DNA of 64,000 nt from Welwitschia mirabilis (taxonomy: Eukaryota): NCBI GenBank assembly GCA_051453625.1, contig JBOZIK010000001.1:12371463-12435462 (forward strand), in the 5' to 3' direction. The translations under genes were made by a program, and so were the position numbers. Each line of letters starts with the position of its first letter. Position 1 is the stretch's first letter. This document shows positions 23,081 to 37,289 of the stretch, piece by piece. The notes beneath the pieces are model-generated. The model was not told the origin of the DNA. It did not search any database and saw only the letters and a program-made list of their open reading frames with translations.

Positions 23081-26000
23081 TAGTATTACTGCTCTCATAT
23101 ACTTACTAAGTGATTTTATGTAGAGGTTCATATCTACAAAGGATTTCTAGCAATCCAGGTTCTTGAGAAATGCATCAATCTTATTAAATCATACTTGAGG
23201 ATGTTGTTTTAGGCAATACAATGAATTTTTATCTTATAGGATTTTGTTTTATGAAATTTGATTTCAAAGACTTTAAGTTGAGTTTTGTAGATTTATTTTC
23301 TAGAATCTTCATTTAGGAATGTGGATTTGATGTTAAGCTTGAATATATTCTAGTTATATTGAACAAATAAATAAAGTATGATTTGTATTATATAAATTTT
23401 TACTATGGATGCAAATGTTCCATTATAATTAATTCTTTATTTTTAAGTAAAACCTTTGATAATGAATCTTTTGTTGTACTTATTAATTATGCTATCTTAA
23501 TATTATTTGATATAAAACATCCATTTCATATTAATTGATTCCTTTATTTTTTAATGGTTTTAAGGTTTGATTCTTTGTGATATATTGTATTTCTTTTACA
23601 TATAATTTTTATAATATGTTTTCTATGGTTTTTTTTTTACATAAGCTAGCTCTTCATCAGTTGTCTCATTAACATTGGAAATAAATTCTTAACCATTTTA
23701 TGTGGTTTAATTTAAATTTTCTTTTATGAAGCTTCTCTTGTTCTCATGTGTTGAATCTCAAACTTGTTTACCAGATATGGTATTTTTATTTTATCATTTG
23801 GAATAGGGTTTTGATTATCACTTTCTTTTGTGAATAGAACAATTTTCTCTTCATCATCAACATGATTTATTACTCTGATGATTTGAGAATCTAATATTAA
23901 GCATTCATAATCTAGTTCATCTAAATTTTGGCTTGCATATTTATTAAGAAGTTTTACTCACTCTCCATTAATGAAAATTATGTCATCAAATGGTGTGAAC
24001 CAAATAGGTTATCATTTTTCCTTATTTCATTAAATATAATATCTTGGGTAATGACTATTATTTTAGAAGTTAAGTTCTATACTTAATAGGCATTATTCTT
24101 ATCAGACTAATCAACCACAAATAAAGTTCTTACTTCATTTTGTAGTTTGTTTTGTTGCTATGGAATGCTCATGAAACTCTTACTTCTAAAAGTTTAAAAG
24201 TGATTTTAAGACACCATCTTATTACATTATTTTTCTTTTGAAATATTACCATGTAAAGATTTATTAGAAACTCTATCTTAAAGATATACAATTGTTATAA
24301 TAGATTATATCCATAGAAATGATGAAATTCATGTCTTATAGAACATGATACTGGTCATTTTCATGATGGTTCTATTTTTGCTCTTCGTTATTCCATTAAG
24401 CTGAGTTGTGAAGGGTGAAGTTACTTTGTTTTGAAATTTAACCTTTTTAAGTTTCTAATAAAACTAATTTAATACACTTTCTTCTCCTCCATCTATTCTA
24501 AGAATTGTCATTTGTAATTTTGTATGTTTTTCCATCAATGCATGAAATACTCTAAAAGCATAAGGATTTCAGAATTATTTCATAGGAAGTATATGAAACA
24601 TATTCTATTATAGTCATTAATGAAAGTGAGCAAATAATTTTGACCTTTTAGGAATGAAACAAAAAATGGTCCACATGAATAACCATGGATTAATTCAAGT
24701 TTGTTGTCTACTTTTTTCTTTCTATTTTTTTAAAATGACTTAAGATGTAATTTTCCCATTTGACAAGCTTCATAGAGTAGTTTCTTAGTTTTATATTTTA
24801 AAACTTCCCCATGGACTTGATGTAGTTTGTTGAAAATTATAAAATTTGTATGCTATACTTTTTGATGCTAAAGCATTGATTTGTCTATTTGGATAGTTGA
24901 AAAAGCTTTATGATTAATGTTTTATAACCTATAACAAAAATATTCTATTATACTAAAATGCTTTAATGTGATTTTTCTCTTTTTCTATAACATGAGGCAT
25001 CTTTTTTTTTTTGTTGCCAAATTTAACTTTGTATCCATCTTGAAGTACAAATTAAACTAATAGTAAATTTATTTTAAAGTTTAAAATATAAGGATAATTC
25101 ATTAGAATAAGAAAGGATAGATACACAATTCCTACTTAACTCACTCTCAATTTTGCTTCATCACCAATGACTATGTGTTTCATGATGCTGCTCGGGATTA
25201 GCTCAAGATTCATGTAGCATTTCTTATTACTAGTCATGTAACTTAATTTTCTTAAGTTCATAAATCATGTTCCATTATTGCTTATAGAGATTAATGATAT
25301 TTCTTATGGATAAACCATATCATCATATAGGATTGTAATTTTTAGAATTTTTATTCTTACTCATTATTCTTATTTTTCTTATTCTACTTATTCTTCTTTT
25401 ATGGGTTATCAGAATTTTTGAAACTAATTTTTAAAGTGATAAAAATTATTATATTATAAAACTTAAAAAATCGGATTTCTTTTTTTATTTATTTTATTTC
25501 TTAGATTTAGTAATAATCAAGTAGTAATAACCATGATTATTTCATATTCTCTTCCTTTTATTTTTTATTGATTTGATGGATATCTGCATTAGCTATTTAA
25601 ATAAACCAGATTTATTAGCATGTTTAATGCTTTAAGAAATGTGTTAAACTTTAGGAGTAGTGCTACAAGTAATATGATATTAATCATCTATTCATTCGTC
25701 ATAGCACTTTATTCTTTAATTCATGATTTTAAGTTAATGATTTTTATCTTCAAATCAGTGAAATCTTCGAGATCTCTAAGCTTACTCATAAAAAGTTCAT
25801 AATTCAATGATTTTTTTTATGATTTACTTTTAAGTTACAAGGTATTCTTTAGAAAGTTTTAAAGTTATTCAAGATTCCTAATATTATGAATTAAAGGATG
25901 AACATTTTCGCTGACATTCATGACTAGAATAAGTCTAGTTAAACATGCATCTTCATTCTTCTTTATAGAAAACTTTCATCCAAGTAATTATCAATTCCTT

Positions 26001-26220
26001 ATCTAATTAGGAAACCCTTCATCCTTATCTTCCATATGGTATACTTTGAGTAGTTAAGTTTTATATTCTTTCTAAGGCATAATCTGAATGTATTTATGGA
26101 TATGAAGGTAACACATTCCTTCTTTGTGTCCTAATTATCTAATAACATCTTCATACTTAATTTGTTTAAAAGCTATAAAATAGTGTTCTTGCGATGTGAT
26201 TTGTAGGTATAATGCTTATA
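23081..26220 (-). pseudogene. Ty1/copia element G: gag, protease, integrase and RT N-terminal half
   Basis: Minus-strand SLYCLKQHPQV*FNKIDAFL (decayed SLYGLKQAPRAW) and SCGPFF...GQNYLLTFINDYNR (rve integrase), in INT-before-RT order. Confidence 0.9.
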
Positions 26221-26221
26221 A

Positions 26222-26685
26222 TGTAGGCATAAAATCCACATATTAATAACCTATAATATTTCAATATCTAATTCGCACAAACACATAGTAGTATAGGGAG
26301 TCAAGCCTAATATCGTAAACTAGTGAGTAATTTAATGATTATCTAAAAAATAAATTAATTCAAATAAGGAAGTAACTTATATCCTTTTCCAATTAAGCAT
26401 GAAAATGAAATAATGATGAAATGATGAATGACATGAAATGGATGTGAAATAAAATGAAATGAAATGTAATGAACTAAAACGCAATACTATGAAAATGAAA
26501 TGCAATTCCTAATGCAATCAATAAACCCAAATTAAATATCTTGTTATGATCAAGCTAGCCCTAATATTCTATATCAAAACCAATATTAGTGTAATTAAAC
26601 ATAAATTAATTCCCACATAAAATATAAGGTGGAGAAGAAGAATAATTAAGTGAATACAAAATAACTATATTAATCATATTGTAAT
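26222..26685 (-). repeat. Fragment of an Athila-type LTR truncating copia G and itself interrupted by Sirevirus A
   Basis: Starts TGTAGG. CGCACAAACACATAGTAGTATAG and GAAAT/GCAAT-rich tracts resemble the LTR end of element F (52207+, 62094+). Confidence 0.5.
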
Positions 26686-29600
26686 TAAGGATCATTGAAC
26701 TCAGAGGGGAGGGGTGAATGAGTTCTACCAAATAAAAAATTTAACTAATAGTTAAATAAAAAAGTAAAATAGTAAATACCTTACTAAGATAACGTGGTTT
26801 CCTAACCTGGGTATGTCTACACATAGATAGTAGCTTCCCCTCACACCTCTAAATATTCTTAACCTACAAGAAAATAGGGATTTTTTGGTGCACCATCAAT
26901 CTTATAACAATGAGAGTATCCTTGCAAGGTAGAACTCTCTTCCCAACAAGGTAATAGTGGTTTTTCAAGTGCATCACAAATCTTACAATAATGAGCAACA
27001 CTCTGTTCCTCATAGAGAAATAATGGTTTTCTATCTGACCACTAATCTTACAATAAAGTAAGTACTCATAGGTACAATATCAATGCACACCCATATAAGG
27101 GTTGCCTTATAATAATTTTTGTAATATGAAATGAACTCACAATAATATTTAAAAATAAGATAGTCCAATAATGTAAGATCTACAAAAACAAACAACAAGA
27201 AGCATAAATGATATAGCTATGAAGAGAGCTTGAGTTCCTTATTGTCATTCTCATCAAAAGTGCAAGTAAATGATACAATAATGTAGGATCTAATAGTAAA
27301 TGATGTAGCACTAAAAGCTTGTTTGCAAATGATAGATTTAATTTTTTGTGAGAAGCTCCAATTACTCATGCATTCTTCATTTCATAAGATATTTGATTAT
27401 TATATGCAAAATAAGTATGATCATTGAAATACCAAAATTTATTTATTTATCTTATGATGTGGAGCATTTATATTATTGAAGAGAAACTAGCTATTTAACC
27501 TTGAAGAGTAGCCATTTAAACTTTGTAACTACTATGTAATGGATATAAAATGTTTAGGCATTAGACACACATCTTTGTTTTTAATCAATGTAAACTTTAA
27601 TTCAAGACATGTTTAAATTTTTAGATATTTACTAATAGTTAGATGTCTTCACCTTATAGACATCTTCAGTAAACTTACATAGAAATTGATCGAAATTAGT
27701 CTATATAATATTTAGACCTTTGTGATCATGAATATATGATGTAAAGGTTGATAGATCTCTTGAAACATAAAATATTAATGAAAATGAAAAATGACTCTGC
27801 ATGTAAACATCTTCATCTATGTCTAGTTAAACTTTCAACATAGCCGTCTTCGATAAGATAGTCATCTTTAACCTGTGACCTAAAAGGTGGTACATCAAAG
27901 ATATCTTTAATATGTATATGTCTTCACTAGAAATGTCTTTAATTGTCTAGACATCTTTACCATAGATGTATTACATTCTATAGATTTCTTCAGATAACTA
28001 ATTTTTCATTTTAATAATTAAAAATTTTCATGAGATATTGTTCTTGAAGATCCATCATTGATTGTGCTTATCATGATTTAATTTTCTTTACAATGGCTTA
28101 TCTACATAATGACATAAAATATTTGATAAGTGAGATCATTAAAACTACATTACCAACAATCTCCTCATTTTTATTGATGTCCAAAAATTGGCAAATCTCA
28201 TTAGGATAATCTCATTTGATTAACTAAACTTAGATAGTCATATTTCAGAGAAATGTACATATTCAATTTTTATAATGATATTGAAGAAACAAGATATTAA
28301 CCACTTGAATAACAGATAAAGACACATAAACATTTGATAAATTATGACATTAGACATTTGAATAAGCATGTAGGATAATAGGAAAAAGCATAAAAACATT
28401 TATTAATTGCATTTAAGAATATTGACAATTGATTAAATATGATATGCTAAGAGTAATATCCCAAAAATAAAATTAGAAAATGGTATTTAACTTATGTGCC
28501 ATTAATACATATGCTCGTGGTGATGTGCTAATACTAGAAATCATAGAATGTTATAATAATAAGGTGCTATTAGTATATAATATGAAGATAATGAAATATA
28601 TGTTAATCAATAAAAATTAAAGCATAACATTTTAAAAATGTGCCAGTAATAACATGATATTAAAACATGAGGGTGTGTCAGAAAAAGTGTGCTAACAAGT
28701 AATAATGGTAGAAGTAATAGAAGACATAAAGGTATGCCAAATAACATGAGTGATCATCAATAAATAATGATGACACTTAGGGATCCAATCTAACATCTCA
28801 TAAATTAGTAATCCATGCCTAATAGGATGTCGTCAAGTTGAAAGCTGATGTGCCTGACTGAATGTAACTGATCTATCTAACCAATTTTCCAAAACTTCTT
28901 CCCCTTTTCAGATAGCAAAGAAAAGGATCTAATCACTAAACATAGAGTCATCATATAATGTGTATCATATCCTTCTTTGTTAGTATACATCTAAGCTCTT
29001 AGACTCTATCTCTGGCTGCTACCTCTACTATGATAGATTAGGAGCTTATTGCTCCCTCTATACTTGTGCCTTCATGGGATGTAATCCCCTTGAATATTCT
29101 TACTGCTAAAAAAATCCAAGATGTCTTTCGTAGTGAAATCTAATAAAATTAGATTTAAGAAATCCTTGGAAAGAGATACTTATCGAGTGACGACTTCGAA
29201 ATGAGATTTGGTGGCTCCTTTTCTAAATAAATAAGGTTAAAACCCTAGTTTTTTAATGTAATTTAATTTCTATAATAGTATAATCAAGATGTCTAATAAT
29301 CTACTCTAAAGATATTTATAAATCTAAAGGTGTCTCTCTTATAGATATCTACAAAACTAAAGATGTCTATAATAAAAGATCCAAAAACATTGAAATATTC
29401 TACAACTAATGCAATCATAATAATAACACTTCAAGAAAGTAAAATAACAAGTATATAATTTAAATTTTACTACTACATATAATAATAATCTCAATTCATA
29501 AGATAATTGCAATTTGGAGTTGACTAATCAAATGATATTACATCTTACCTTACCTGATTGGGTAAGGCTCAATTTCCAAATTCCTATATAGATTTATATA

Positions 29601-30399
29601 TCTTTTAGTACTTTAAGGTTTTGCAAACACATCTGTAAGCTAATCATTCATACTAATATATTACATTGTAATATTTTTGTTTTGAACATGTTCTCTGAGA
29701 AAGTGATGCCAGATCTTAATGTCCTTAATTCTTAAGTGCTAAATAGGATTTTTTGATATATTGATGATGCCCTTATTATTACAATAGATAGGAATGATAT
29801 CCATGAAGAGTTTAAATTGTTTTAACATTTTCTTCATTGATAATAGTTAAGCATAAAAACTTCTAGTACTAATGTACTTAGCCTCAGTAATTCATAGAGT
29901 GGTTGAGTTCTACTGTTTACTACCCTAAGAAAATAGGTATTGTTCAAGAAAAATGTATGTTCCATTTGTGCTTCTTCTGTCATATTTACATCTTGCTTAA
30001 TTTACATTAGAATACCCTATTAGATCAAGGCATGAGTCCTTTAAGTACCAAAGGCTCTAATTAGTAGTATGTTTCAAGTAACGGAAAATTCTATTAATAG
30101 CTATGAGATGTGATTTCCTAGGATTACTTTGATAGTGTGTACAAATTCCTTCACTTAACATAGTATCTATTTTACTAGTAGTAAGATATAATAGACTACC
30201 AATCATACCTATATATAGTTTTTGATCCACTTCTTACCATTTTCATCTTTGTCTAATTTGGTATTTTAATTCAAAGGAGTGTCTTTACCTCTGTAATCTT
30301 GTAAACTACATTTAACTAAATTTTTTTAATATATTTAGCTTATAAAATAAAAGTACCTTGCTTATGTTACATAATTTATAGTCCCCAAAAGTTTCTCAT
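26686..30399 (-). mobile_element. Sirevirus-like copia element A: 3' LTR (26686-28158), PPTs, RNase H and RT end; truncated by a gap
   Basis: AGAGGGGAGGGGTGAAT LTR-end signature. PPT at 28159-28172 and a second tract at about 28895-28908. INISKNPI*HLRIKDIKIWHHFLREHV at about 29685-29770. Confidence 0.85.
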
Positions 30400-30649
30400 N
30401 NNNNNNNNNNNNNNNNNNNNNNNNNNNNNNNNNNNNNNNNNNNNNNNNNNNNNNNNNNNNNNNNNNNNNNNNNNNNNNNNNNNNNNNNNNNNNNNNNNNA
30501 TGTATAAAATTATATGCTATTATATCCACATAGAGTTTTATTTACAGAAAAATATTGATCTTAGTGTTCTAAAAACATTTTTAACTTATATGGTTTTTAA
30601 TAAAAATTGTATAGATTTCTATATCTGGGCAGAAAATCTAAATAGGCAT

Positions 30650-31040
30650 AAAGCTATATATATTATATTGTATTAAATTATATTACTGTATTGTAACATA
30701 TTGTATTATACTTATATAATATTATATTAGATTATGTATTGTATATTAAATTATATTACATTACAAGCACATTATATTATGTTGCATAAACATTATATTA
30801 TATATTATATCATATTAAATTATATTGCTTCTATATTAAATTTTACTTATATTATATTAAATAATATTTATATTTTATTATATAATATATTATATCATAC
30901 CATATTATATTATATTACATGTATATTACATATAGATTATATTATATATTATATCATATATAATATATTATATATATGTTATATTATATTATATTATGTG
31001 CATAATATTTTATTATTTTATATTATGTTGTCTCATATGC
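30650..31040. repeat. Low-complexity degenerate (ATATT)n tract
   Basis: Read directly. It explains the Y/I/L-rich track ORF 30734-31060. Confidence 0.85.
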
Positions 31041-32433
31041 ATAATATTCAAGTATGTTAAAGGGGTAAAAATGTTTAATTCTTACCTTAAAAGGGTACTA
31101 CAAGTGAGAAGGATGTCAAGCCAACATTTTAGTATTTGTACCTTCCTCTTTTAAGTACAACTACGATGGCCTCTTAGATGAAGGAGTAACCACTAGCTAG
31201 ACAATCATGATGTTCAAATTTTCAAGCTCAAACATCTTTTTTTTAAGAGTTAAATGTATGATATAGAAATTAGATTGTGTAAGAAATGCTTATGATTTAA
31301 TGCAATTATATTATACATAGTATAGTTATACAATGATGCAGATTTTAGCATAGTATGCAATGATTACAGTTGCTTCTAGTATTCTTAACGTTTTNNNNNN
31401 NNNNNNNNNNNNNNNNNNNNNNNNNNNNNNNNNNNNNNNNNNNNNNNNNNNNNNNNNNNNNNNNNNNNNNNNNNNNNNNNNNNNNNNNNNNNNNTATATA
31501 TGTTATATTATATTATATTATATTATATGTATGATATTTTATTATTTTATATTATGTTGTCTCATATGCATAATATTGATGTATGTTAAAAGGGTAAAAA
31601 TGTTTAATTATTACCTTAAAAGGGTACTAGAGGTGAGAAGGATGTCAATCCAACATTTTAGTATTTGTACCTTCCTTTTTAAGTACAACTACCATGGCCT
31701 CTTAAATGAAGGAGTAACCACTAGCTAGACAATCATGATGTTCAAATTTTCAAGCTTAAACATCTTTTGTTTAAGAGTTAAATGTATGATATATTATACA
31801 AATTAGATTATGTAAGGAATGCCTATGATTTAATGCAATTATATTATCCATAGTATAATTATACAATGATGTAGATTTTAGCATAGTATGCAATGATTAC
31901 AGTTACTTCTAGTATTCTTAACGTTTTCCAAGTGGATATCCCTAAATATAATTTCTTACATAGTCATGCACATGATTTAAATGTTCCAAGTAGTTATTTG
32001 TTTTCTTATGTACAAAATAATATAATAATAGTAATCATTCTATGATGCTCATTGGAAATGATTAGGCATTTACTTNNNNNNNNNNNNNNNNNNNNNNNNN
32101 NNNNNNNNNNNNNNNNNNNNNNNNNNNNNNNNNNNNNNNNNNNNNNNNNNNNNNNNNNNNNNNNNNNNNNNNNNNNNNNNNNNNNNNNNNNNNNNNNNNN
32201 NNNNNNNNNNNNNNNNNNNNNNNNNNNNNNNNNNNNNNNNNNNNNNNNNNNNNNNNNNNNNNNNNNNNNNNNNNNNNNNNNNNNNNNNNNNNNNNNNAAC
32301 ATTCTATTATGATATTCTCCTTCCATTGGCTCTCACCAAGATGTTATAGTGAGATATGAGGTATCTCTTATGCTTTATGATGGAGGATTACTAATGGATG
32401 ATTTTAGCCAAGTGACTTAGGGATTCACTCACT

Positions 32434-32435
<2 letters not shown>

Positions 32436-32491
<56 letters not shown>

Positions 32492-32510
32492 ACATACACA
32501 CACATACATA
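32436..32510. repeat. Compound (CT)n(CA)n microsatellite
   Basis: Read directly. Confidence 0.95.
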
Positions 32511-33309
32511 CTCTCACTCACTCACTTAGGTACTCATATATCTAATTTATATTAATATACATTTGTANNNNNNNNNNNNNNNNNNNNNNNNNNNNNNNNN
32601 NNNNNNNNNNNNNNNNNNNNNNNNNNNNNNNNNNNNNNNNNNNNNNNNNNNNNNNNNNNNNNNNNNNNNNNNNNNNNNNNNNNNNNNNNNNNNNNNNNNN
32701 NNNNNNNNNNNNNNNNNNNNNNNNNNNNNNNNNNNNNNNNNNNNNNNNNNNNNNNNNNNNNNNNNNNNNNNNNNNNNNNNNNNNNNNNNNNNNNNNNNNN
32801 NNNNNNNNNNNNNNNNNNNNNNNNNNNNNNNNNNNNNNNNNNNNNNNNNNNNNNNNNNNNNNNNNNNNNNNNNNNNNNNNNNNNNNNNNNNNNNNNNNNN
32901 NNNNNNNNNNNNNNNNNNNNNNNNNNNNNNNNNNNNNNNNNNNNNNNNNNNNNNNNNNNNNNNNNNNNNNNNNNNNNNNNNNNNNNNNNNNNNNNNNNNN
33001 NNNNNNNNNNNNNNNNNNNNNNNNNNNNNNNNNNNNNNNNNNNNNNNNNNNNNNNNNNNNNNNNNNNNNNNNNNNNNNNATGATGTTTAATCATGTCATG
33101 TAAATTGATCTACTATAATGTAATATAGTTAATTATTTTTAAAACATTTAGTGCCTTTTAAGTTCAACACAAAAACCAAGTTATGATAGCTTGTCATTCA
33201 TATTTTTTAACAAATATTTTTGATTTTAATGCCTCATTTTCCAAATTAACTAATATTTTTCAAAGATTTTTATTATGTTTACATACTTAAATGTTTTCCT
33301 TAAACATTT

Positions 33310-35286
33310 TGAGGATCGATTTAAATCAGAGAGGAGCGGTGAATGAGTTATAGCTTAAGGGAAAAAAAAGACAAATAATAGAATGAAAAATGCATAATGG
33401 AATGTCTTATTAAGAAAACACGATTTCCTAACCTGGGTATGTCAACACACAAAGAGTAGCTTCTATTCACACCTCTACATATTCTTAATCTATAAGAAAA
33501 TAGTGGTTTTTCAGTGCACCACCAACTTTACAACAAATGAGAGTCTTCTTGCAAGGCATCACTCTCTATTCCTCAAGGAAATAAATGTTTTTTTGACTCA
33601 ACAATAATCTTTATCACAAACAAATGCTCACAAGCATAAAAACAATTGCACACCCTTATAAGGATTGCCTTACAAAGTATTTGATATTCAAGAAATAGAC
33701 TATATAATAATATTCAATAATAACATAGTCCACAATGAATAACTAAAATGCAATATGATAACAAGCCTATATATTTGCTTTGATGAAGATTTAAAATCCT
33801 TAAATTTGTTGTTACAAGCATGAGTATGAATGAAGAATTCAGCAATGAGGGTTCAAAAAGTAAATGATAATAGTAGTGGTAGCTCTTTTGCAATGATGCC
33901 TTGATTCCTCGTGAGGAGAGATTTTTACTCATGTAAGATTTCTTTTGATCTAATCATTGAAAGCCAAGAAATCTTTGTATTTCTGATTGATCAATGAGGT
34001 GCCCAAAAAATNNNNNNNNNNNNNNNNNNNNNNNNNNNNNNNNNNNNNNNNNNNNNNNNNNNNNNNNNNNNNNNNNNNNNNNNNNNNNNNNNNNNNNNNN
34101 NNNNNNNNNNNATAATAATATTCAATAATAACATAGTCCACAATGAATAACCAAAATGCAATATGACAACAAGCTTGTACATTTGCTTTGATGAAGAGTT
34201 AAGATCCTTGAATTTGTTGTTACAGTTATGAGTATGAAGGAAGAATTTAGCAATAAGGGTTCAAAAAGTAAATGATAATAGTAGTAATAGCTCTTTTACA
34301 ATGATGCCTTAATTCCTCGTGAGGAGAGCTTTTTACTCATATAAGATTTATTTTGATCTAATCCTTGAGAGTCAAGAAATCTTTGTATTTCTGATTAATC
34401 AATGAGGTGCCTAAAAAAATTCATTATTAATTTATGACATCGAGGCTTTATAAAATTAAGGAAGATCTAAACATTTGAGATTAGAAGATAGCCATTTGAA
34501 TTCATAACCATCATACAATGGATAGCTAATGCCCATGCTTTAGACACATAACTTTCATTTTAACTGANNNNNNNNNNNNNNNNNNNNNNNNNNNNNNNNN
34601 NNNNNNNNNNNNNNNNNNNNNNNNNNNNNNNNNNNNNNNNNNNNNNNNNNNNNNNNNNNNNNNNNNNCATAACTTTCATTTTAACTGACATGAATTTTAG
34701 TTAAAGACATCTTAAATTTTGTAGATTTATGCACTCTAGATGTCTTCACTTTCATAAATATCTTCATTTTAGATGTCTTCGCTTTTATAGATGTCTTGAG
34801 TTAACTTGCCTAGATTTTGATGAATTTTACACTATAGTATTCTTATACCTCTATGAATCCACTATGTATAAGTTAATAGGTCACCTAAAATTTGAGATAT
34901 TAGTCAAAAATAAAATTTAATTTATTACCTATTTTGGCTTAGTATAGAAATCTTTAATTTTGCAGACATCTTGATCTCTGTTAGGTTCAACTCTCAATTC
35001 AGGCATCTTGAATATGATAGTTATCTTATGGCCTATAACTTAAGTTCTAGTATATTTAATCCATCTTTATATTTTTAGACGTCTTTACTTGAGACATATT
35101 CATTTTTCTAGATGTCTTTAAATAATTAATTTGGTAGTTTAGCATCTAATTTTTTCATGATATTTTTTCTTTGAAGACTCATTATGATCTAGTATCTGTC
35201 AAGATCTGATGTATCTGTAATAATTTGCTTACACAACGACATATCATATTTGATGAATGGAATCATCAAAACTAGATTTTTCAACA
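33310..35286 (-). repeat. 3' LTR of element B (second-copy portion at 35600-36325)
   Basis: TGAGGATCG...TCAACA, followed by ATCTTCCTTTTTTG (PPT on minus). Homologous to 43079-44500. Confidence 0.88.
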
Positions 35287-37289
35287 ATCTTCCTTTTTTG
35301 ATGATGTCCAAACCTTGGTAAATCTCATTAGTATAATCTTAATCAATTAACTAAAGTCAGACATTTTTATTCTACAGAAATGCACATAATCACTAGTTAT
35401 AATAATCATGATATCCACTACTCAAAATAAGAAGGAAGCATATAGACATGTACTGCTTGAAAAACTAGATTACATAATCAACCACTTGAAAATAAGATCN
35501 NNNNNNNNNNNNNNNNNNNNNNNNNNNNNNNNNNNNNNNNNNNNNNNNNNNNNNNNNNNNNNNNNNNNNNNNNNNNNNNNNNNNNNNNNNNNNNNNNNNT
35601 TTATAAAATTAAGGAAGATCTAACCATTTGATATTAGAAAGTAGCCATTTGAATTCATAACCATCATGCAATGAATAGCTAATGCCTATGCTTCAGGCAC
35701 ATAACTTTCATTTTAACTGACATGAATTTTAGTTAAAGACATCTTAAATTTTGTAGATGTCTTTACTCTAGATGTCTTCACTTTCATAGATGTCTTCATT
35801 TTAGATGTCTTCACTTTTATAGATGTCTTGAGTTAACTTGCCTAGATTTTGATGAATTTTACACTGTAGTATTCTTAGGCCTCTATGACTATGAATCCAC
35901 TGTGTATAAGTTAATAGCTCACCTAAAATTTGAGATATTAGTTAAAAATAAAATTGAATTTATTACATATTTTGGTTTAGTGTAGACATCTTCAATTTTG
36001 CAGACATCTTGATCTCTGTTAGGTTCAACTTTCAATTCAGGCATCTTGAATATGGTAGTTATCTTATGGCCTATAACTTAAGTTCTAGTATATTTAGCCC
36101 ATCTTTATATTTTTAGACGTCTTCACTTGAAACATCTTTATTTTTCCAGATGTCTTTAAATAATTAATTTAGTAGTTTAGTATTTAATTTTTTTCATGAT
36201 ATTTTTTCTTTGAAGACTTATTATGATCTAATACCTATCAAGATCTAATGTATCTGTAATAATATGTTTACATAAGGAAATATCATATTTAATGAGTGGA
36301 ATCATCAAAACTATATTTTCCAGCAATATCCCTTTTTTGATGATGTTTAAACCTTGGTAAATATCATTAGTATAATCTTTGCCAATTAACTAAAATCAAA
36401 CATTTTTATTCTAGAGAAATGCACATAATCACTAGTTATAATAATCATGATATCCACTACTCAAAATAAGATGGAAGCATATAGACATATACCACTTGAA
36501 GAACTAGAATACATAATCAACCACTTGAAAATAAAATCACATAGATATACCTCTTGAGGAACTAGAAACATCTAATTTAATCACTAGATAATTAGAATAT
36601 TGCATAGTTAAAAATGTGTTAAATATTTGATAAAACTTCTTCCCCTTTTTGGATAGTCGAAAAAAGAAATATAAATTCAAAATTCTAAAACTTCCATTGC
36701 ACATGTGCATTTGTAGGAGCCTAATATCAACTAATGTTTTGCTAATAATTCTTACCAATAGTACATTTAAAGATGTCTACAATTCTTAAGATATCTGAAG
36801 ATGTCTACAAAGGTTGAGACGTCTATAATAAAAGTTTCAAAAGTTTTGAAAAGATTAATAATTAATGTAATNNNNNNNNNNNNNNNNNNNNNNNNNNNNN
36901 NNNNNNNNNNNNNNNNNNNNNNNNNNNNNNNNNNNNNNNNNNNNNNNNNNNNNNNNNNNNNNNNNNNNNNNAAAGCTTCCCTTGCACATGTGCATTTGTA
37001 GAAGCCTAATATTAACTAATGTTTTGCTAATAATTTTTATCAATAGTACATTTAAAGATGTCTACAATTCTTAAGATACCTTAAGATGTCTACAAAGGTT
37101 GAAACATATATAATAAAAGTTTCAAAAGTTTTGAAAAGATTAATAATTAATGTAATTATAATAATACCACTTTAAAAAGATAAATAACAAGCATATAATT
37201 TAACTTTAACTACATCTAACTACATGTAATCATAATCTCAACTCATAAGATAAATATAATGTAAAGTTAATAAATTAAAAGATATTACT

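Noticed and set aside
8954-23085. 5-bp target-site duplication for element C
   Set aside because: Flanks GTTAG and TAGTA do not match as a 5-mer.
30734-31728. Host gene exons
   Set aside because: The ORFs come from low-complexity AT sequence and a gap, with no recognisable protein motif or exon chain.
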